A stretch of 64,000 bases of DNA from Naegleria gruberi (Eukaryota): assembly GCA_000004985.1 (NCBI GenBank), contig GG738849.1. The stretch is one strand, 5' to 3'. Numbering within the stretch: the first letter of the stretch is position 1; every line of letters begins with the position of its first letter. The notes under the pieces were generated by a model, which saw only the letters and a program-made list of their open reading frames with translations, made no database searches and was not told the origin of the DNA. This document shows, one piece after another, positions 55,076 to 64,000 of this stretch. The translations under genes and the position numbers were made by a program.

Positions 55076-55098
55076 TTGTTTGCCGCCAAAATTGTTAC
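55076..55098. promoter_or_regulatory. GC-rich motif TTGTTTGCCGCCAAAATTGTTAC in the Tctex1 upstream region; paralogous to the IFT38 motif
   Basis: 20 of 22 positions are shared with 52982-53003 (TTGTTT[C/G]CCGCCAA..TGTTAC). Lies about 155-175 nt upstream of the Tctex1 ATG (minus-strand gene). Confidence 0.3.
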
Positions 55099-55147
55099 TG
55101 ATACGTACAACAACAAAAAACAGTCCAAAGTTGTATTTTTATTGTAT

Positions 55148-56143
55148 TTACATGAATTTAGGATTGATATATCGTCCATATCGATTATCTTCTGAGAAAC
55201 TACTCGGTGAGGGTGAACTATTATTGTAAGTGTCCATTTCAGAAATTGGTTTGAATGAGGATGAAGAAGGAGCATTCCTATCATAATAATGTCTGCTACT
55301 TTCCGTTTGAAATCTGACACCATTAGTGGAGTATTCTGATGGAGGAAAATGTCCTCGAGGTGGAGGTGGATAATGTTTGTATTGATGAGATTGTTGTTGA
55401 TCGTGGTAGTATGTAGGTGATTGAGGACCAACTGGTTTAAATGATGAGCTACCACTATACGAGTAAGGATCTCTTCTAGAAGATGGTGGTACTTGGTATG
55501 AATCTTGGTGGTGATATTGACCTCTCGATCCTTGTTGGTCAAACATTGGAGGATAAGGTGAAGAAACTGGCTTGTAAATAGGTTGTTGATAAGGTGGAAT
55601 TTGAGGGCTACCGTATCTTGCGTTTCTCGAATTATCAGGAGCAAGAAGTATTCGTTTGGCTTGATTGAGTAATTCGTCTCTTCTTTGTGAACTTGTTGAT
55701 GCTTGATAGAGAGCTTCCGAGAGTGGAGGGAAAAACATATTATAGTCTGTTTGAGTCATGGCTGTTGATGTCTCTATCGGAGGTTGTTGATTTGAGGGTG
55801 ATGATGAATTTTCCTTCTTTTGTTTTTCCTCAACTTTTGATGAGATTACTTTTCCATTTTCCTTATCAATTGTAAGGGAAATATTTAAAAGTCCATCTCC
55901 ATCATTATTACTCTTCTTTGATTTCTTTTTTGATGATCGGGGAGTTTCGTCCTCTTCCTCTTCACTTTCCTCATCACTTCCTTCCTCCGAGCCTTCATCA
56001 CTATCTTCCTCTTCACTACCATCTTCCTCCTCACTACCCTCCTCACTATCATCGGATCCTTCATCATCGTCACTACCAGATTCCTCTTCTTCTGATTCTT
56101 CCTCTTCTGATTCATCAGATTCCTCTTCCTTCCTTCTTGGCAT
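55148..56143 (-). CDS. Low-complexity protein: acidic (E/S/D)n N-terminal half and P/Y/Q/S-rich C-terminal half
   Basis: 331-aa ORF from the ATG at 56143 (the track start is TTG). (GAA/GAT/TCA)n microsatellites. PY-rich motifs (PPYQQPIYKP, PPPPRGHFPP). Confidence 0.35.
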   Translation of the reverse strand: MPRRKEEESDESEEEESEEEESGSDDDEGSDDSEEGSEEEDGSEEEDSDEGSEEGSDEESEEEEDETPRSSKKKSKKSNNDGDGLLNISLTIDKENGKVISSKVEEKQKKENSSSPSNQQPPIETSTAMTQTDYNMFFPPLSEALYQASTSSQRRDELLNQAKRILLAPDNSRNARYGSPQIPPYQQPIYKPVSSPYPPMFDQQGSRGQYHHQDSYQVPPSSRRDPYSYSGSSSFKPVGPQSPTYYHDQQQSHQYKHYPPPPRGHFPPSEYSTNGVRFQTESSRHYYDRNAPSSSSFKPISEMDTYNNSSPSPSSFSEDNRYGRYINPKFM

Positions 56144-56266
56144 TTTTTTGTAGTTGAATTTTGGCGCCACCAATCCAAGTAATTCACAATATTTCCATAC
56201 AATGAATTCAAGACTGAATAATAATAATTGAAAATGTTGAGTTAAAATAATGATAAAATAAATAAT

Positions 56267-57136
56267 TTAATCTGTGAAAAACCCTTGTTTTGTAGTGACC
56301 TTTTCTTCCTTTTCCAATAACTTGTCCAATTCTTCCAAAAGTGTAGAACCAATCTTTCTAGCTGTTTGAAGCATTTTAGTCAATTCACTTGGATTAACAC
56401 CAGAATCTTTGCCACTCTTTTTAATTGAACAAATGTGGCCCTTCTTATTTACAGAAACAGTCATACGATTTGAAATACATTCTTCTTCTTCCAAGGATGG
56501 ATCAACAATGAATTTAGAACCAATCTTTCCCAAAGTAACAGAAATTGGTATATTACTACAATCAATTCTTGAATATTCATGTGGGTCATCACTCACTTCA
56601 AATTCTGTTTCTGTTGGGGAAATTTCCATAACCTCAATTTTAGGTATTCTAGTATTATAGAGAGCAGCTCTTGTAGCAATAGCAAGAGCATCGAATAAAT
56701 TACCAGCAGAATCTAACACAATACAATCTACATATAAAATCCAACATTGCTTTCCTTTCACTATACATAATTTAGTCCAATCCACAGCAAATGAATTTTT
56801 TAATTGATTTCTGAGAGTGGAAATTAATTCTGCATTGATTTCTTCAGCTCCTCTTCCTTCAAATTCATTATTTGCACTCGGAGAACATTCAACATGAACC
56901 TCTAATCTTCCTTGGTCAGGGAAATCTTGATCAACCTCTCCAATTTCAACTTTAACTCCAACAAGAACATCTGTATGATTAGCAAGTTTAACCCGAGCAC
57001 TTCCGTTTGTTTGCGAAACAATTCCTGTCTCTAAAGAAAAGTCTCTATAGTCCAATCGGGCTCTGCCGTCATTTCTCATATTTTGTTCCACACCATCAAT
57101 AATAAAATGTTTTTCTGTTTGCGATAATTTGAGCAT
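56267..57136 (-). CDS. Exosome complex RNase-PH-like subunit (Rrp42/Rrp45/EXOSC7-9 family)
   Basis: RNase PH domain 1 (DGRARLDYRDFSLETGIVSQTNGSARVKLANHTDVLVGVKVEIG) and domain 2. 289 aa. ATG at 57136. Confidence 0.65.
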   Translation of the reverse strand: MLKLSQTEKHFIIDGVEQNMRNDGRARLDYRDFSLETGIVSQTNGSARVKLANHTDVLVGVKVEIGEVDQDFPDQGRLEVHVECSPSANNEFEGRGAEEINAELISTLRNQLKNSFAVDWTKLCIVKGKQCWILYVDCIVLDSAGNLFDALAIATRAALYNTRIPKIEVMEISPTETEFEVSDDPHEYSRIDCSNIPISVTLGKIGSKFIVDPSLEEEECISNRMTVSVNKKGHICSIKKSGKDSGVNPSELTKMLQTARKIGSTLLEELDKLLEKEEKVTTKQGFFTD

Positions 57137-57359
57137 TTTTTTTGAAGTTATTTGCCATCATGGAATTGTTGTGATGATGAATATTTCATTCACTATTATT
57201 CTTTAACATCACTATTTGATGATTATTATTAAATAATGAAGAATTATTCGCACATGTTCAACTTTTCAACATTTATTGCTTTTAAAGTGTTTTGAAGTTG
57301 ATACGATAAAAAAGAATGGTGAAGTCCAACAATACACCTCAACTAAATAATTGAAAAAA

Positions 57360-58922
57360 ATGAGCAGCAAACTTGACCTGAATTTATTAACCAAGAAGAG
57401 AAAGGTTGAAAAACCATCGTCGGCAGCAGCCAACTCACAAGATGGAGAAAGGAAGAAACAATTATTACAAAAACTTGCACAAAAATATAACAAGAAAGAT
57501 ATAGATCCGGAGAATGATACTGAATTTGAAGATCAAGATGAAAAAGCTAAAATGGATTATGATGATGATTTTGAGGATGGAAATAGAGTATCAATGTTAC
57601 GTTCTCTTGATGAATCACTCACAAAAGGAGCTTATAAGGGTCATACTATTAGAAAGGAAGATTTGTTTGATGATGTAGATGATATGAGTGCACTCAAAGA
57701 TGAAGATTATTTGGCAGAAATTAAGAGACTTAAACAAATTGATTCCGATGAGGAGGAAGGTGACGATGATGAAGTGGATGAGGAAGATGAAATCATGGGA
57801 CAAATCAAGGATATTGTTGAAGAAGATTTATATGATTCCACTGATTTGGAAACTTTAAAGAAAACTCAACAATTAGAAAAACAAAAAGCAAAGAGTGTAT
57901 TGAACCAAAAGTTAATTTACGACCACTTGTTAAAGTTGAGAATTTTACTTCAAAAACCACTTTCGAATTGTAATAGATTGCCTCAAAATGAAATGTTTTG
58001 GGATTTTGTTGAAATGACCGACGATATTTTACCAAAGGAAGATAAACCTCAAGCTGTAGAAAAACAAGATGGTGAAACACCATCTGAACCAGAAAATATT
58101 CCAACACGTCTTGCAGAATTGAGAAAGGATACATTCCATCTTATTGCAGATATGCTTTCACTGCAATCTTCTCTTTTCAAGAAGGGAATGGTTGAAGAGA
58201 AGGAAATTGATGGTCATTATCTTCAAAATGTTGTCAGCTCTGAAGAAGGTGACTTGACAGAAAAAGTTTGGAAAGTTTTGGATGAATCATACAAGAGCTA
58301 TGAAACCTTTAGAAATGAATCTGTTGATAGATGGGCAACCAAAACAAAGATTCAATCAAGTGTGAGTGGAGGTTCAAAACTCAATCTTAGAAATATCAAT
58401 GCTGGTGTAATTGACCAAGTGCGTAACGTTCTCAAAAACGAAAAGGAAAGGAAAAAATTAATTGGAAGAACTCAAGTTAAACAATTTGAACCTTCCATTC
58501 TAGGTAAACGAGAAAGAGATACAAAAGTTGATGAAAATGGATTTGAATTTGATACTGAGATTTACGATGATAAGGACTTTTATCAAGTTTTACTTAAGGA
58601 TTTAATTTCAGAAGTTGGTTCTGGAACTGAAGTTTCATTCAGAAAGGCCATAACAAAGAAGAATACTAAAGGTAAATATGATGGTAAGACAAAGGGAAAA
58701 GCTATCAAATATACAGTCCACAATGAATTGGTCAACTTTATGGCTCCAAATTTCGATAATGAAATACCTGAATCAGCACAAACACTTTTTGGTAACTTAT
58801 TTGGTGGAGATACTGTTGAATTTGAGGAGGAAGAGGAAGAAGTTGATGATGCCACTACCACTCTTACTGAAGATCAAGATGAAGACAATGAATCTTCCTC
58901 TGCTTCATCAGATGAGGAATAA
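57360..58922 (+). CDS. AATF: AATF/Che-1/Bfr2-family protein (apoptosis-antagonizing transcription factor; nucleolar rRNA-processing factor)
   Basis: Acidic N-terminus, AATF leucine-zipper domain (LETLKKTQQLEKQKAKSVLNQKLIYDHLLKLRILLQKPL) and C-terminal TRAUB domain (FDDKDFYQVLLKDLI). ATG at 57360. Confidence 0.7.
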   Translation: MSSKLDLNLLTKKRKVEKPSSAAANSQDGERKKQLLQKLAQKYNKKDIDPENDTEFEDQDEKAKMDYDDDFEDGNRVSMLRSLDESLTKGAYKGHTIRKEDLFDDVDDMSALKDEDYLAEIKRLKQIDSDEEEGDDDEVDEEDEIMGQIKDIVEEDLYDSTDLETLKKTQQLEKQKAKSVLNQKLIYDHLLKLRILLQKPLSNCNRLPQNEMFWDFVEMTDDILPKEDKPQAVEKQDGETPSEPENIPTRLAELRKDTFHLIADMLSLQSSLFKKGMVEEKEIDGHYLQNVVSSEEGDLTEKVWKVLDESYKSYETFRNESVDRWATKTKIQSSVSGGSKLNLRNINAGVIDQVRNVLKNEKERKKLIGRTQVKQFEPSILGKRERDTKVDENGFEFDTEIYDDKDFYQVLLKDLISEVGSGTEVSFRKAITKKNTKGKYDGKTKGKAIKYTVHNELVNFMAPNFDNEIPESAQTLFGNLFGGDTVEFEEEEEEVDDATTTLTEDQDEDNESSSASSDEE

Positions 58923-59432
58923 ATCTCTTTTATTTATTAACAAATCTCTTTCAATTAGACTTCATGACTATCAAACAATCAAATACCATTTACTTTGATA
59001 AGTTTGATTCAGTAATGGTCAATCCAATGTCCAAATACTTTCTCTAATTCCTTACTCAAATCTTGTCAATTTTCTTGTCAAAATATTACCAAACTACAAG
59101 ACAGTAACTTTAATAAAGGAGATTTAATTATTTATTAGTTTGAATGACCATCTTTGAAACAACACGGTAATTAACATTGAATTCACTTAAGGAAGTACAA
59201 TAACCGTTTTATCAAAAAGGACGTAATATTAAATTTAAACTATTTAAAAATAGATTAAAAAAATACAAGCAAACAACAAGTAATTGGCGCCTTTACTTTG
59301 AAAATAGGCAGTTGATTGTAGACTAGACATCAAAAAAACATCATCACACACAACTACCACCTCTCGGATAGTTTTTGTATTAAAGAGAAGAGGAATTTTT
59401 GATAGGATTTGTAAATATATTGTCATCTTTGA

Positions 59433-60304
59433 ATGAATCTTCTATCACACGACATACAGGAGCTGAATATACAGCTTCCTTTGGTTTCACCATCACACAC
59501 CAATTATCATTCTAAAAAACACTCCTTTAATGAACAATCTACCATCATCAAGGACTGTATTAAATCACTCTTGTACACAATCACGTTCCATAGGGCTCTA
59601 GGAGAAGTGCCTCCAATTGGAATGGATTGTGAGGTTCTGGATGGTATCAGCTTTGTAAGTATTATTATTATATCATCTCGAATATTAATGATCTTTTATT
59701 AGCCAAGTAATTAAACCAACTGATATTACAACAATCACAAGATATTACAGCAAAATTTCAAAATTATTTACGTGAGGAAATGAAGCTCGGAGAAAACTTC
59801 TTTATCAAACCAAACTTGAAACAACCAGCACAAAAAACTGCAACTATAATTAAATTAGACGAGAGCATATTATCGAGAAGATTCTTAATTGAAATCAAGT
59901 ATTATACAGTGAAGGTTTCGGCTTCATTTTCTATTTTTGGAGGAAAGCGAGAGGAAAGAGTTTACTTTGAAACTTGGAGAATACCTATCAAAATTCATTG
60001 GAATACACAGTGGAATCATTTATTTGAAGGAATGCCTCTAGTTAAAGTTGAAAATACATCCGAAGATAATATATCAAACAAACTGGGAAAAGAAACCCCT
60101 CCTGATTCCACAAAATTACAAGAAGACCTCAGGAAGAGATTGGTGAAGATTATCAAATCAGCACACGAAGACGTTCCACATTTACCTAACGTCTCTGACA
60201 ATCTCACCTTTTTAAATGGAAAGAGTTTCTCATTTGAAGTTGAGGTAAAGAGTGACACTAAGGATGATTCCAAGAAGCCATCAGGGTGGTTTTCAATTTG
60301 GTAA
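59433..60304 (+). CDS. ATG101: Autophagy-related protein 101 (ATG101, HORMA-like). At least 2 exons. Exon 1 is 59433-59654; the exon-2 acceptor is ambiguous (59777 or 59864).
   Basis: Exon 1 STIIKDCIKSLLYTITFHRALGEVPPIGMDCEVLDGISF, then GTAAGT at 59655. Exon 2 ...SILSRRFLIEIKYYTVKVSASFSIFGGKREERVYFETWRIPIKIHW matches ATG101 (...[27 protein letters not shown]). Confidence 0.5.
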
Positions 60305-60482
60305 GCTACTGGACAAATTATTATTCGTGTACATATATAAATTTTGAATTTTTGCTTTTTAACAATCACGTTTCATGTTATTTTATTCCTCATACCTACT
60401 GAAACTACTATTTAATGTGATTATTATTTGAAAGTGAATGAATGTCCCCTTCCTAAAATCTCTTTACATTTGACTCAATTTA

Positions 60483-62444
60483 TTATTGGAAAGATCTTCT
60501 AATTCTATTTTGGAGAGCCTTTCTTTCATTCTCTTCTATTTCTTCTTTCTGTACCAAATTTTCGTATTGAATCAAATCTAAATATCTGAAACCTCTTAAA
60601 ATAAAATTGGAAGAATTCTTTACCTCCCATTCTGATACAACCTTACTAACATCAGTGTTCAACTTTTTCAACAATGAAGTAAGCTCTGAAAACTCTGAAA
60701 CTGGTGGCTTTTCCATTTGTTTCAAAGAATCCAATCTCATTTTGGTTTGTTCTCTTTCCCCAATAAGTTTATAGATCGACCCATTTTGTTGTACCATACC
60801 GCTCAGACGATTGTATTCATTGATGAATGCTCCAGAAATATTAGCAATGTACTCTTCGTTCATAACCCATCTACTATCTGATTTTTTACCTGCTTGACTG
60901 ATTGGTTTGAGAACGTGTTCATCCATAAACCTTTCTCTATCAGTGAAAGCAATATTTAAATTGTTCCACATTTGATAGGTATGGAGAACGATATTTCTCA
61001 ATCTCTCACAAGAACTGGTTCCTTTCATTTTGGAATTGAAATAGATTTCCAACAATTCTTGTTGATTTGTGAACTTTTCTTCCTTTTCCTTTTCTTCCTT
61101 CTTCCATTGTTGTACTCTTTCCTTAAGAGACAATTGTGGAGGATTAGATTTCTTCTTTGAAGCTTCCTTCTTTGTATTGTTGTTAGTGTTGGTGGTTTTT
61201 TTTACATTCGGTTTGGCAGGTTCAGTCTTCTTGTCAGATTTGAGATTTAATTGTTGAAGGATTGTTGTGTATTGGTAAATTCCCTTCACTTCCTTATAGT
61301 CCTTCTTTTTCTTTGCTTCAACAGATTCAGTGTTGACTATTGGTTTAGATTCAACTTCCTCTCTGAGTGGTGAGGCCAATTCTCTTTCAAAGTAATTATC
61401 CCCTGATAAGGATAGAGGTGGGCGAACTGGATCAACCATCACATTTTCCTCATTGTAGGTAAATTGATGATGTTGAGATTGAGGTTGAAGTGAAACTGAT
61501 TGAGGAAGTGACATTGCATTATTGAATGGATATTGTTGCATTGTTGGTGGATAGAATGGATTATTAATTTGAAAATCCATTGAGGATGCAGGAACTGGCA
61601 TGAATTGATTTGGTAATTGATTGAATGGTGGTTGATTTTGATACGATTGTGGAATCATCGTTGGTGGCATAAATTGATTATTTGTGAACATGTTATGCAT
61701 ATTTGGAGCTCCATATAGATTATTATTGAAGGAAGGTAATTGATTTGTTTCCTCATAGTGTGACGTTCCTTCATTGGTTTCTTCATCATCCTCTTCATTA
61801 TCTTCATAGTGTGGAGGTTGAACCTCTTGGTGATAGTATTCATATTGATTAGTATTATTTACATTCTCTTCATCCTCATCATCAACACTGTTATCGGTTG
61901 ATGGTTGTCTTGTTGGTTCCTTAATTTGAATGGCTGGCGTTTCTTGAAGCCATTGCATTTCTCTGGCTTGTTTGATGAGTTCTTGGGCTAATTCATCAGC
62001 AGAGGTCTCCTTTGAAGAGGCTAAGGATTTTAACCTATTTTCGAGTGCTTCACACTTGGCTTCGAGTTCTCTCTTTTCAAATCGTTCCTTCTCCAACTCT
62101 TTTTCATTCTTTAGAAACTGTTCCTTGATGATTTGTAATTCTTGTTGATATTCGGATTTCATTTGTTCCAATCTCTTCTCGACTTCTCTCTTGATTTCAT
62201 CCTTGATTCTTTCAAGCTTTTGATTAATAAGTTGAATATCAATGGTTGGATGCATCTGAAGTCGTTTAGAGTCCTTCACTTGTGGAGTCTCTAGGATGGA
62301 ATTATTTTCATCAAAATATTCGGATTGTGATGAGTTGGGTGGTTCATTGGAAATGTCCCTTAATGGTGTTCTGTATGGAGAGTCTTTTCCTGGTGTGCTG
62401 ACAACCTCTGAATCCTCATCCCCGAACATGTATCTATTAAACAT
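60483..62444 (-). CDS. Coiled-coil protein with Q/N/P-rich low-complexity middle region and conserved-looking C-terminal domain (653 aa)
   Basis: ATG at 62444 in AAAAAAAATG context (the track start further upstream is not ATG). N-terminal heptad region (IKDEIKREVEKRLEQMKSEYQQELQ...). PQ-rich spacer. C-terminal approximately 200 aa non-repetitive. Confidence 0.45.
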   Translation of the reverse strand: MFNRYMFGDEDSEVVSTPGKDSPYRTPLRDISNEPPNSSQSEYFDENNSILETPQVKDSKRLQMHPTIDIQLINQKLERIKDEIKREVEKRLEQMKSEYQQELQIIKEQFLKNEKELEKERFEKRELEAKCEALENRLKSLASSKETSADELAQELIKQAREMQWLQETPAIQIKEPTRQPSTDNSVDDEDEENVNNTNQYEYYHQEVQPPHYEDNEEDDEETNEGTSHYEETNQLPSFNNNLYGAPNMHNMFTNNQFMPPTMIPQSYQNQPPFNQLPNQFMPVPASSMDFQINNPFYPPTMQQYPFNNAMSLPQSVSLQPQSQHHQFTYNEENVMVDPVRPPLSLSGDNYFERELASPLREEVESKPIVNTESVEAKKKKDYKEVKGIYQYTTILQQLNLKSDKKTEPAKPNVKKTTNTNNNTKKEASKKKSNPPQLSLKERVQQWKKEEKEKEEKFTNQQELLEIYFNSKMKGTSSCERLRNIVLHTYQMWNNLNIAFTDRERFMDEHVLKPISQAGKKSDSRWVMNEEYIANISGAFINEYNRLSGMVQQNGSIYKLIGEREQTKMRLDSLKQMEKPPVSEFSELTSLLKKLNTDVSKVVSEWEVKNSSNFILRGFRYLDLIQYENLVQKEEIEENERKALQNRIRRSFQ

Positions 62445-62586
62445 TTTTTTTAAAATGATAACGTTCATCTTTTCAAAAAACAGCCTTAATGGCGGGAGCT
62501 TCAAGTAACGACTGACTGAATAAATCCGTAAAACACTGTATACACATTATGAAATGGAAGAATTTGAAGGGAAATCAGGAATTTCT

Positions 62587-63582
62587 TTAATTCATCAAAC
62601 TGGTTATCCATAAGAGAGGATGGGAAGTTTCAATTGTGACCTTATCACCAAGCATGTTATTACTCGTACTCACTAAACCTCCAAACTCTAAACGATCTCC
62701 ATTCAAATTCCATTCCAATCCTGTTGTGGTTACCTTTTCGCATGGAATACCCAAAGGAATGAGTGCACATGTTGTCTTTTCCCATTTGGCATTTCTGTGA
62801 ATTTCATGTTTTCCCGGAACCAGAACATGAATCAAACTGTATGGTGTTATCATGATGAATTGAAAATTGTGATTCAATTCAGAAGTTTTCAACATGGCTT
62901 CAATATATAAAGTATTAAGGTCACACATTTCTTGATCCAATCTACCACCTCCTCCAATTATGAAAATTCTATGAAATGTTGTATCTTTGGAGTTTGATTC
63001 TTTAATCAAGTCATTGATAATTTCCTCCTTCATTGTTCTGACACATTTTTGTAAATCATTTGAATCTTGTTCTGTAATTTTGATAATGTTGGTGCCTTGC
63101 TTTTCATAGAAGTTTCCAATATTTTTATCAAGAGAATCCAAATCTCCACAAATCACATTCGGTATTAAAACATTTTCCTGGTGATTCATGGCACTGACAT
63201 AGGTATATAAACGATTTGCACCTCCATCAGCACAATATTTAAATTCACACGAATTCCACAAATCCACAAACAAATCCTTTGGAAAATTATCAATTGTAAA
63301 ATAGGGAGTGTTTGAAACGATTAAATAATTATTGTGCCTAGATGTTGATGGCTGTTGTTTATCATCACCAAGAGAAAAGTGAAAAATATTATTGATATTA
63401 GAATTTGAGAATTTTGTTGTTTGATGATTTAAAAGAGCTTCCTGTTGTTGATGATGATAAATATGGCATTTGTTTAATTGACGAGAAAAACCTCTCTCGG
63501 AATTAATCACCACTTTCCGAAGCGCTAAAAACTTTCCCCTACTGCTACACATCCTTTGGACTGAACGTATTGTTTGTTGCAT
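62587..63582 (-). CDS. Thiamine pyrophosphokinase (TPK) with ~110-aa Q-rich N-terminal extension
   Basis: ADGGANRLY and GDLDSL motifs of the TPK catalytic domain. C-terminal thiamin-binding beta-sandwich. ATG at 63582. Confidence 0.7.
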   Translation of the reverse strand: MQQTIRSVQRMCSSRGKFLALRKVVINSERGFSRQLNKCHIYHHQQQEALLNHQTTKFSNSNINNIFHFSLGDDKQQPSTSRHNNYLIVSNTPYFTIDNFPKDLFVDLWNSCEFKYCADGGANRLYTYVSAMNHQENVLIPNVICGDLDSLDKNIGNFYEKQGTNIIKITEQDSNDLQKCVRTMKEEIINDLIKESNSKDTTFHRIFIIGGGGRLDQEMCDLNTLYIEAMLKTSELNHNFQFIMITPYSLIHVLVPGKHEIHRNAKWEKTTCALIPLGIPCEKVTTTGLEWNLNGDRLEFGGLVSTSNNMLGDKVTIETSHPLLWITSLMN

Positions 63583-63657
63583 TTTTTTTAAGTTGGCTTT
63601 GGTCAATCAATTACGATTCAACTAAAGGAAAGAGATTTGATTAAAATTTACAGAAAT

Positions 63658-63981
63658 TTATATGCCTGATGGAGTGAGACCAGTCCAACCGAAGAGTCTA
63701 CCAAGAATTGATGAACCTCTAGTGGCAGAAACAGTTGATGGGGATCGTCCATATAATGTATAGTAAACCAAAGCACTAACCACTGAAACAAGTCCAAAAC
63801 CGCTGGAAATCTTGAGTCCATTCTTCATGGTCTTTTCTCCAGCCTTCTTTTGAATATTATCCAAAGCTTGTTTAGTTTGTTGGGCAGATGGGTCGTCCAA
63901 ATTCTTTTCGAGTTTGACTCTCAAATCAGCAGCAAACTTTGAGAACCACTTTTGTACATCTCCCAAAGTCTTGGTTTCCAT
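63658..63981 (-). CDS. Small (107 aa) membrane protein with single TM near C-terminal third, unknown function
   Basis: ATG at 63981. Amphipathic N-terminal helix, then GLKISSGFGLVSVVSALVYYTLY TM. Confidence 0.35.
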   Translation of the reverse strand: METKTLGDVQKWFSKFAADLRVKLEKNLDDPSAQQTKQALDNIQKKAGEKTMKNGLKISSGFGLVSVVSALVYYTLYGRSPSTVSATRGSSILGRLFGWTGLTPSGI

Positions 63982-64000
63982 GAAAATTCTGGCAGTGAGA

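Noticed and set aside
55042-55644. 200-aa ORF overlapping the P/Y-rich gene in another frame
   Set aside because: Alternative-frame translation of a compositionally biased region. The acidic/PY-rich frame continuous with the ATG at 56143 is the more plausible gene.
1-64000. Budding-yeast or Dictyostelium origin (suggested at first by Trk transporter, poly-Q/N and AT-richness)
   Set aside because: Multiple multi-intron genes argue against Saccharomycotina. The presence of IFT20, IFT38 and Tctex1 argues against non-flagellated dictyostelids.
1-64000. CRISPR arrays, rRNA genes, transposons or long dispersed repeats
   Set aside because: No direct-repeat/spacer periodicity, no rDNA-like conserved stretches, and no TIR/LTR structures or transposase/RT ORFs were seen. 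The only repeats are coding microsatellites.

Overview
The window is an AT-rich (~33% GC), gene-dense stretch of nuclear DNA from a eukaryote, with about 43 protein-coding genes on both strands. Intergenic spacers are short (2-600 nt), start codons sit in A-rich context (AAAATG), and introns are few and very short (40-120 nt, GTAAGT/GTATGT...AG). Many coding regions carry poly-N, poly-Q or acidic microsatellites. Many 'M' starts in the supplied ORF track are TTG or GTG codons; real ATG starts and exon junctions were reassigned by reading the sequence. Recognisable products are: Ash2-like SPRY protein, ABCG half-transporter, Trk K+ transporter, Bub3, Na/K-type P-type ATPase, TALE homeobox protein, UBE2C-like E2, AP complex mu subunit, NKAP, AATF, ATG101, exosome RNase-PH subunit, thiamine pyrophosphokinase, mitoribosomal bL27m and uL24m, NAGPA-like phosphodiesterase, SDR, saccharopine-dehydrogenase-like enzyme, and three flagellar genes (IFT20, IFT38/CLUAP1, Tctex1 dynein light chain). 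The most striking gene is a bacterial-type GspE/PilB-family secretion ATPase (Walker A, GELR Walker B, CPHC...CPHC tetracysteine motif) that is embedded between ordinary eukaryotic genes and has eukaryotic flanks. Together with the flagellar genes and very short introns this points to an amoeboflagellate (Naegleria-like heterolobosean) genome carrying a mitochondrial T2SS-derived apparatus. A shared GC-rich E2F-like motif sits upstream of the flagellar genes and Bub3. No rRNA, CRISPR array or transposon was seen. One 59-nt tRNA-Gly-like element lacking a T-arm is present.
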